Below, piece after piece: positions 16,530 to 22,854 of a stretch of 32,000 nt of DNA. Below the pieces are notes generated by a model. It searched no databases and was not told the origin of the DNA. It saw only the letters and a program-made list of their open reading frames with translations. Source of the DNA: Microcystis aeruginosa NIES-843. GTDB lineage: Bacteria > Cyanobacteriota > Cyanobacteriia > Cyanobacteriales > Microcystaceae. Where the stretch lies: contig NC_010296.1 of the NCBI RefSeq assembly GCF_000010625.1, forward strand, positions 3,960,001-3,992,000, given 5' to 3'. Both the position numbers and the translations under genes were made by a program. Position 1 is the first letter of the stretch; every line of letters begins with the position of its first letter.

Positions 16530-16808
16530 TTATGATTGAGAAAAAGGGAGAATAATATAGCGAATGACTGTTCCTAGTAAAGCTGTTCCCAAGATGCCGA
16601 TTAACGTCCAAATCTGGCCTTTCTGAGAGCCTTTTAATTCTTTTGTATCTTCTTTTACTCCTTCAATATCTTTTTCTAAACTATCGACTTTTTCCTCTAA
16701 TCTCGCCTGTACTATTTTAATATCCATAACATCTTTTTGCAGATTATCCAACTTCTGATTAATTGAACCTAAAATTTCTTTGAGATCCTGTTCAATAGTA
16801 ACTGACAT
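16530..16808 (-). CDS. Small coiled-coil protein with a C-terminal transmembrane anchor (XhlA-like architecture)
   Basis: 92-aa ORF with heptad-like charged repeats (LDNLQKDVMDIKIVQARLEEKVDSLEKDIEGVKEDTKELK) followed by the hydrophobic IWTLIGILGTALLGTVIRYIIL. Assigned on architecture only. Confidence 0.45.
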   Translation of the reverse strand: MSVTIEQDLKEILGSINQKLDNLQKDVMDIKIVQARLEEKVDSLEKDIEGVKEDTKELKGSQKGQIWTLIGILGTALLGTVIRYIILPFSQS

Positions 16809-16834
16809 CTAATGATTCTCCTAATAATGATAGT

Positions 16835-18068
16835 TAAGCTAAAACGCACTTAAACCACCTAAAATAGAAATAGTAATTTTAGAAAAATCCTACTTATGCC
16901 AGCAAAAGATTTCCTAGACTTAGAAGAAAAGAAAAACTTACAAAAAGCTCTTAAAGAAGAAGAAAGAGCAGAGGTTAGGGAAAGAATTTTAATGTTTCTC
17001 TTGCTAAACGACGGAAAAACTCAACGAGAAATAGCTGACTTTATTGGCTGTTCACTCAAAACGGTCGCCCCTTGGTGTGTTCACGGTGATCCTAACAATT
17101 TAGAAAGTCTAGAAGATGGGAGAAAAAATGGAAATCATAAAAAAGCCACAGAGGAATATATTAATTTACTATTAAAAATAGTTGATGAAGACCCGAAGGA
17201 ATTTGGATATGAATTCGGGAGATGGACAGCGGCAAGATTAGCAGAGCATCTAGAAAAGGAAACAAGAATTAAACTGAGTGGCTCGCAAGTGAGAAGAATA
17301 TTGAGAAGAAAAAAGTATGTGTATATCTGGGCGAAATATAGTCTAGAAGATAAGCAAGACAAGAAATTAAGAAAAGCATTTAAAGAAAAATTAGATGAAT
17401 ATTTAAGGTTGGCTAAAGAAAAGCCAGAGTCAATCCAGGTATGGTTTTGGGACGGGGCTTTCAAGGTGGCGACGCAGGTTCGCCACACAGCCCCTCATGA
17501 GTGTGGATTTAGTTTGAGAGTAATAAGAAGGAGAGCTTGGACAAAAAAAGGAAAGCGAAAAAAAGTGAATGGACAAAGAAAAAGAGGAAGGGTGAATGTG
17601 ATGGGAGCCTTAAGATATAATGACAAAAAACGAGTCTGTTTTATGAGCAAAAAAGGAAATTCAGAAACTTTCCATGAACAATTAAAGAAACTTCATGAAG
17701 AGATTCGTCAAGAATGGATAAACTTGGGAAATCTGCCCGAAGATTTTCGAGAAAAAAGACCGAAAATTATCATCATATTAGACAATGCTAGTTATCACAA
17801 AAAGAAAGATGTTATTGAGCAGGTGGAAAAAGAGTTGCCCAATATTAGGCTAGAGTTTTTACCAGCTTATAGTCCAGATTACAACCTAATAGAATTAGTG
17901 TGGCATTCCGCTAAAGAGTACATAGCTAATCGAGAATTTGAAAATAAAGAAGAACTGGAAAAAGTAGTCAATCAGCTTTTAAATGAAGGGGGATTGATTA
18001 TTAAATGGAGTAGAAAACTTAAAAATAAGGGTAATGCTGTCAATGTAACTTAAATGCGTAAAAGCTTA
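16835..18068 (+). mobile_element. IS630-family insertion sequence (boundaries approximate)
   Basis: Imperfect inverted ends TAAGCTAAAACGCACTTAAA and TTAAATGCGTAAAAGCTTA, about 15 of 20 matched, both at TA dinucleotides. They enclose the transposase ORF. Confidence 0.7.
16896..18053 (+). CDS. IS630-family (Tc1/mariner-like) DDE transposase carrying a 15-aa in-frame insertion
   Basis: 385-aa ORF with an HTH N-terminus and motifs ILDNASYHKK and LPAYSPDYNLIELVW. WFWD-[GAFKVATQVRHTAPH]-ECGFSL interrupts the usual DE.GF motif. Confidence 0.85.
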   Translation: MPAKDFLDLEEKKNLQKALKEEERAEVRERILMFLLLNDGKTQREIADFIGCSLKTVAPWCVHGDPNNLESLEDGRKNGNHKKATEEYINLLLKIVDEDPKEFGYEFGRWTAARLAEHLEKETRIKLSGSQVRRILRRKKYVYIWAKYSLEDKQDKKLRKAFKEKLDEYLRLAKEKPESIQVWFWDGAFKVATQVRHTAPHECGFSLRVIRRRAWTKKGKRKKVNGQRKRGRVNVMGALRYNDKKRVCFMSKKGNSETFHEQLKKLHEEIRQEWINLGNLPEDFREKRPKIIIILDNASYHKKKDVIEQVEKELPNIRLEFLPAYSPDYNLIELVWHSAKEYIANREFENKEELEKVVNQLLNEGGLIIKWSRKLKNKGNAVNVT

Positions 18069-18198
18069 TCAGCATTGTTGTCTATCTTATCTTAAGTGTT
18101 TGCCCAACCGAAGCGCCTCATTTTCCCTTGCTGCCTTCCCTCATTGTTGCCCTCCCCCTCCCATTATCTCCACTAATTTATGAGCCGATAATTCCTGA

Positions 18199-19167
18199 TT
18201 AAGCCAATCCTTTCTCAGCCAACCATTGAGGATTATATAAACGAGATTGATAACGGGACCCACCATCACAAAGAACAGTAACGATGGTGTGGCCCGGTCC
18301 CATTTGTTTAGCCAAAGCCACGGCAGCACCGACATTAATACCCACAGAACCCCCCATAAATAAACCATCTTTTTGTAATAGTTGATAAACAACTTTAATG
18401 GCAGTGGGATCATCAATTTGAATGGCATCATCTATGGGTGCGCCTTCCATATTAGCCGTAATACGACTATTACCAATCCCTTCGGTAATTGAACTACCTT
18501 CCAGGGTAATTGTCCCGGTTTTCACATAACTATATAAACCGCTACCCATCGGATCCGCCACCAGGCAGCGCACCTGCGGATTTTGGTCTTTTAAAAACAT
18601 CGCCACCCCCGCGTAGGTTCCCCCGGTTCCTGTGGCAGCCACCCAAGCATCAATTTTACCGTCGGTTTGTTCCCAGATTTCCCGGCCGGTGGTTTCGTAG
18701 TGAGCGCGACGATTAGCCAGATTATCGAATTGATTGGCCCAGATAGCATTTTCCATCTCACTGGCCAATCTCCCCGATAATTTAACGTAATTATTGGCAT
18801 CTCGGTAGGGAACGGCGGGAACAGTACGCACTTCTGCGCCAAGGGTTCTCAATAGGTCGATTTTCTCTTGGGATTGGGTATCGGGAATGATAATCAGGCA
18901 TTTATAACCTTTAGCATTGCAGATATGGGCCAAACCGATGCCAGTATTGCCGGCGGTTCCTTCGACAACGGTTCCCCCCGGTTGGAGAGTACCGGCTTTT
19001 TCCGCTTCTTGAATAATATATAAAGCGGCCCGATCCTTGACCGAACCACCGGGGTTAAGAAATTCGGCCTTACCGAGAATCTCGCAGCCGGTTTCCTCGC
19101 TAAAACTATTGAGACGAATTAGGGGAGTATTACCCACCGCATCGACGAAACCATGTTTAATATCCAT
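18199..19167 (-). CDS. PLP-dependent cysteine synthase / CBS-like family enzyme
   Basis: 322-aa ORF. NPGGSVKDRAALYII carries the PLP lysine, with TAGNTGIGLA and ATGTGGTYAGV loops. No CBS-pair domain is present. Confidence 0.8.
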   Translation of the reverse strand: MDIKHGFVDAVGNTPLIRLNSFSEETGCEILGKAEFLNPGGSVKDRAALYIIQEAEKAGTLQPGGTVVEGTAGNTGIGLAHICNAKGYKCLIIIPDTQSQEKIDLLRTLGAEVRTVPAVPYRDANNYVKLSGRLASEMENAIWANQFDNLANRRAHYETTGREIWEQTDGKIDAWVAATGTGGTYAGVAMFLKDQNPQVRCLVADPMGSGLYSYVKTGTITLEGSSITEGIGNSRITANMEGAPIDDAIQIDDPTAIKVVYQLLQKDGLFMGGSVGINVGAAVALAKQMGPGHTIVTVLCDGGSRYQSRLYNPQWLAEKGLA

Positions 19168-19191
19168 AATCTGTTATTTTTCGTGCTGTTC

Positions 19192-19395
19192 CTAGGCTGA
19201 GACGATTTTTTGTACCAAGGGATGACGCACCACATCGGCCCGCGATAGGTAAGAAAAAGCGATCCCTTCTACTGATTTTAGGATTTTTTGAGCGGCAATT
19301 AACCCCGATTCTTGTTGTTGCGGTAAATCGGTTTGGGTGACATCTCCAGTTACTACCATGCGCGAACCGAATCCCAAGGGAGTTAAGACCATCAA
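19192..19395 (-). pseudogene. phoH: phoH 3' remnant (C-terminal ~65 aa only)
   Basis: LTPLGFGSRMVVTGDVTQTDLP...SGL...VEGIAFSYLSRADVVRHPLVQKIVSA matches the PhoH C-terminus. Upstream in frame there is no Walker A or DEAQN region, and a stop lies about 20 codons up. Confidence 0.6.
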
Positions 19396-19558
19396 TGCGA
19401 TCGCACTTTCTCCACTGGGGAATTGAATCGTTGGCCAAATTCTACCACTTTAGCAAAATTGTTGTCTTAGCTGGAAATATTGATTAAATTGGAAGTTTTT
19501 TAGCTGTGATTCGTTACCTAACCTAATATAGTGGTGGCATTCTGTAAGGAGTCCCACC

Positions 19559-20479
19559 GTGACTAACAATTCCATCGAGCCTTTAACTATTGGAAATACC
19601 ATTAATACTGCCTTCCGTCTTTATCGTGATCGCTTCCCAACTTATGTATTCTTTGCTGTCCGCGCCTGTTTGTGGTCGCTTCTTCCCTTAGTTTTGCAAT
19701 TAATTCTCAGTCAATTACTTTATCAAACAATTACCCCCGAAGAAGGCAGCGATATCGGTTTACGTTTATTTCTTTTCCCAGTACAAATTTTCTCGGCCGC
19801 TAAGTATCTTTTCAATAGTGCGGTTATCTCACGATTAGCTTTTCAAGACATCATTTATCAGCCGGAAACTGCCGGACAAGCGGAAAAAAAAGTTAAGCCG
19901 AAAATGTGGCGCTTGTGGTGGATGCAGGTTTTGCTTGGTTTGTTGGGAGCGGCAATAATCTTGGCGATAACGCTGTCTCTGGCGCTAGTAAGTTTGATCC
20001 CCATCCTTGGTGTATTGCTTATTTTACTGGCTTCTTTCTGTCTTCCTGTTTTCTTCCTTTGGTTATCTGCTCGCATTTGCATTGCCGAATTGCCCTTAGT
20101 AATTGAAGATAATTTAGGCAGTTGGCAAGCAATCAAGAGAGGTTGGCATTTAACTAAAAACTCGGCTTGGAGAATTGTGGGAGTGATATTTATTGCCAGT
20201 TTATTAATTATTCCAGTTTATATTCTGTCAGTAGCTTTGGCTTCAATTCCCTTTTGGGTTAATTTTTCCTCTTTTTATAGTAGTTTGGAATCGGTAGAGG
20301 ACTGGCAAACGCTCACGGAAAATCCTCTTTTTTTACAACAAATGGCGATGTTTTCCTATGGTCTGACTACTATTTTCTTACTTCTGAGTACTTTATTAGT
20401 TCCTTTTTGGCAATCTCTCAAAAGTGTGATCTATAATCATCTTTTAGACCAGAAAAAAAATGATGGGGGAGAATACTAA
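19559..20479 (+). CDS. Multi-pass membrane protein of unknown function
   Basis: 306-aa ORF with a GTG start and several long hydrophobic segments. No catalytic motif was recognised. Confidence 0.5.
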   Translation: MTNNSIEPLTIGNTINTAFRLYRDRFPTYVFFAVRACLWSLLPLVLQLILSQLLYQTITPEEGSDIGLRLFLFPVQIFSAAKYLFNSAVISRLAFQDIIYQPETAGQAEKKVKPKMWRLWWMQVLLGLLGAAIILAITLSLALVSLIPILGVLLILLASFCLPVFFLWLSARICIAELPLVIEDNLGSWQAIKRGWHLTKNSAWRIVGVIFIASLLIIPVYILSVALASIPFWVNFSSFYSSLESVEDWQTLTENPLFLQQMAMFSYGLTTIFLLLSTLLVPFWQSLKSVIYNHLLDQKKNDGGEY

Positions 20480-20751
20480 TAACTGAGCCGCTGTTGATGT
20501 AAACTAAGACGCATTTAAACCGCTTATTCTTAGATTAGTTGAACTTCCCCCAATCCCTTTACTGTTGCCTCTTGTCTCGTCTCAACAAGCAATTTATCCT
20601 AAATCCGTTGAGTAACCCACAGAAAACGGGTTTCTCGGAGAAACCCGTTTTCTACTCATGATAATTCTCTCAATCCTTTTATAGTACATATATAGTACAT
20701 CTGCTCAAAAAAAATCGAAAAAGGGTAAAAAGAGAAAAAAGAGAAAAAGGG

Positions 20752-21549
20752 TTACAAAGTCCTCCCAGCACCGCACACCACCCGAAAACCGCAGGTGTTG
20801 AGGCTGACGGGGCGGAGGTCGTAGCTGCGGCAAGCGGAACGGCAGCCATCTGGATCGCTGTACCAAGAACCGCCCCGCAGAGCTTTATCTGCCTGATTTT
20901 GCTGTTTTTTGCTCTTTTTTATCTCCTCATAATTTTCGCGCCAATCATCTTGACACCACTCCCAGACATTTCCGGGCATATCATATAAACCAAAGTCGTT
21001 GGCGTAGAATTGCCCAACAGGGGTGGTTTTTTGGAGATTGCCATTATAGTTGGCTAAATCTGGGGTAAGAATTTCCCCAAAGTGATAGGGGGGGTAGGTT
21101 TCTCCTTTGTGGAGATTTAAGGGTTTGGTTTGCGCTCGACAAGCGTACTCCCACTCAGCTTCCGTTGGGAGCCTATATTTTCTTTTACTTAATTTAGAGA
21201 GCCTTTGGCAAAATTCGACGGCATCTAACCAAGATACATTTTCAACGGGGTTTGTGCTGCCTTTAAACTCCGATGGCTCTGGTTTTAAATCTTGCTCTAC
21301 TTTTAAATCTTCTCTTTGGGCAATATATAACCATTGAGCTTGGGTAATGGGATAAATACCCATCAAGAAGTTTTTCAGGGTGACGTTGTGTTGCGGCTTT
21401 TCACTTGTATTACCACTTTCTTGTTCTGAAGAACCCATTGTAAAGGTTCCCGATGGTATTTTGACTAATTCTATTTCTAGGTCATCGGTGAGTTTTTCTC
21501 TATAGATTAAAAGACGTTTTTGGGTCTTTTGGATGATTATTGTAGGCAT
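20752..21549 (-). CDS. Stand-alone FGE-sulfatase (SUMF1/C-type-lectin fold) domain protein
   Basis: 265-aa ORF with VKIPSGTFTMGS, RLPTEAEWEYACRA, GLYDMPGNVWEWCQD, GGSWYS and GFRVVCGAGRTL-stop. Confidence 0.85.
   Translation of the reverse strand: MPTIIIQKTQKRLLIYREKLTDDLEIELVKIPSGTFTMGSSEQESGNTSEKPQHNVTLKNFLMGIYPITQAQWLYIAQREDLKVEQDLKPEPSEFKGSTNPVENVSWLDAVEFCQRLSKLSKRKYRLPTEAEWEYACRAQTKPLNLHKGETYPPYHFGEILTPDLANYNGNLQKTTPVGQFYANDFGLYDMPGNVWEWCQDDWRENYEEIKKSKKQQNQADKALRGGSWYSDPDGCRSACRSYDLRPVSLNTCGFRVVCGAGRTL
20773..20877 (-). other. DGR variable-region-like cassette F3
   Basis: Same adenine-free scaffold with NNC codons. Followed by GGTGCTGGGAGGACTTTGTAA. Confidence 0.6.
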
Positions 21550-21551
21550 AA

Positions 21552-21715
21552 GTAGGGTTGGCTGAATAAATGTGAAATATAGACGAGGTAAGGGTTTTAG
21601 TGTCCTGTATCGGCCCGCGTCCCGTAGGGGCGAAGCATTCGGGTAATAACCTATCGGTGAAACCGTAGATTTTCTATCCGAATGCTTCGCCCGTACTTTT
21701 TCAGCAAGCCCTAAG
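21552..21715. mobile_element. MITE-like element with TAGGGYTKGCTGAA termini and a long internal hairpin
   Basis: TAGGGTTGGCTGAA on the left is inverted on the right as TTCAGCAAGCCCTA. The internal 15-bp stem is GGGCGAAGCATTCGG (21628-21642) pairing with CCGAATGCTTCGCCC (21678-21692). Confidence 0.5.
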
Positions 21716-21753
21716 TAAGTAATTATAATTAAATTAAAAATTGATTTTATACT

Positions 21754-22239
21754 CTATCCTTCACCAGCTAATTTTAACACAGAAGTACGAGTAGTGGCAT
21801 CTAAGCGAAACTTCAGCAATTCTAGTTGATTAAGAATTGGCTCAATACGGTGTAGATAACCATTTTGTTTAGCCTTTAATAATATTCCCATTGTACCAGT
21901 GAGTTTTATTCCTAATAAATTTGCATATCGTCTCGCCAAGCCATCATCAAGTAAAGCGAGAAAATCGGTAATTTCTATTGCTAAAGCTAATACTTCTTTT
22001 TCTCCTTTTCCTAAATCAGTGACAAGGGGTAAAAGAGAAACTGATTTTGCTTGTTGAATAATTATCCAACTTAAGGAGGTTATATCAGGTAAAGAGATTC
22101 CAGAAGCTTTTCCAACGGCTAACTCTTGAGCTACTGAAAAAGGAATAATTATCTGTCCGTAAAAGTTCGGTAGTAAGTCAAGTAAGTTAGTCTGATAGAG
22201 GTATTGAATCGGTGATGTATCGGCAATGACGTTAGGCAT
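21754..22239 (-). CDS. DUF3368-type PIN-like putative toxin
   Basis: 161-aa ORF. IADTSPIQYL...GKGEKEVLALA...LLDDGLARRYA matches the PIN-like pattern recalled for DUF3368. It overlaps the upstream antitoxin-like gene by 8 nt. Confidence 0.65.
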   Translation of the reverse strand: MPNVIADTSPIQYLYQTNLLDLLPNFYGQIIIPFSVAQELAVGKASGISLPDITSLSWIIIQQAKSVSLLPLVTDLGKGEKEVLALAIEITDFLALLDDGLARRYANLLGIKLTGTMGILLKAKQNGYLHRIEPILNQLELLKFRLDATTRTSVLKLAGEG

Positions 22240-22483
22240 TAGCCAGATCCTCGATTAATTCTGCTTCCTTGAGTCGGAAGGTATCAACTCCATAGTCTGC
22301 AAGTTTAGAGAGAAAAACAACTCGCGGAATACCTGCTAAGTTGGCAGCAGTGCCAGAGGAAAGTTTTCCCAATTCATAAAGTTTAATGGCAGCAAGAAGA
22401 GAGATTTCCTGTGCTAGTTGTTCTGGAGTGAGATGTAAAGCGAGAGCGGTTTCATCGGGTAGGGAAAGAGTGATTTGGTACAT
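22232..22483 (-). CDS. UPF0175-family putative antitoxin
   Basis: 83-aa ORF. AAIKLYELGKLSSGTAANLAGIPRVVFLSKLADYGV is typical of UPF0175 partners of DUF3368 proteins. Confidence 0.65.
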   Translation of the reverse strand: MYQITLSLPDETALALHLTPEQLAQEISLLAAIKLYELGKLSSGTAANLAGIPRVVFLSKLADYGVDTFRLKEAELIEDLANA

Positions 22484-22491
22484 GATGAATA

Positions 22492-22718
22492 CTAGGATTA
22501 ATTGATTGTAGGGTTGATTCTAGGGTTGATAGGGTTGATTGTAGGGTTGATAGGTTTGATTCTAGGTTTGATTGTAGGGTTGATTCTAGGTTTGATTGTA
22601 GGGTTGATTCTAGGTTTGATTGTAGGGTTGATTCTAGGTTTGATTGTAGGGTTGATAGGTTTGATTGTAGGGTTGATTCTAGGTTTGATTGTAGGGTTGA
22701 TTCATGAATCAACCCTAC
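22492..22718. repeat. Tandem array of 17 units of 12 or 9 nt, ending in a 28-nt perfect palindrome
   Basis: Alternating GATTGTAGGGTT and GATTCTAGGTTT units with three 9-nt GATAGG(G/T)TT variants run from 22504 to 22698. The array ends in GTAGGGTTGATTCATGAATCAACCCTAC (22691-22718). Confidence 0.9.
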
Positions 22719-22854
22719 CTTGATAAGGGGAAAACCTAAAACCCGTCTTCAATTTAATTATAACCAGCTACTGATCAGCCAACCTCATATAGTACATTTG
22801 TTCAAAAAATCGAAAAAGAGAAAAAGGGTAAAAAGGAAAAAAAGAGAAAAAGGG

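Noticed and set aside
18141-18431. ORFs 18141-18431 (-), 18510-18716 (+), 18591-18842 (-) and 19157-19438 (-)
   Set aside because: They overlap the strongly supported cysteine-synthase-like gene or the phoH remnant in other frames, and their sequences are not protein-like.
20504-20522. CTAAGACGCATTTAAACC resembling the IS630 left end (CTAAAACGCACTTAAACC at 16839-16856) as a solo IS end
   Set aside because: It is only about 18 nt with 2 mismatches and no adjoining IS sequence. That is too little to call a remnant.
22492-22718. The tandem array as a CRISPR locus
   Set aside because: Units are 9-12 nt and contiguous with no unique spacers, and there are no cas genes.
22452-22723. ORFs 22452-22712 (-) and 22502-22723 (+) encoding the repeat peptides ESTLQSNL... 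and LILGLIVG...
   Set aside because: Both are open only because the 12/9-nt tandem units are multiples of three. They mirror each other on opposite strands, and no start context or non-repeat domain is present. I treat them as artefacts of the repeat array.
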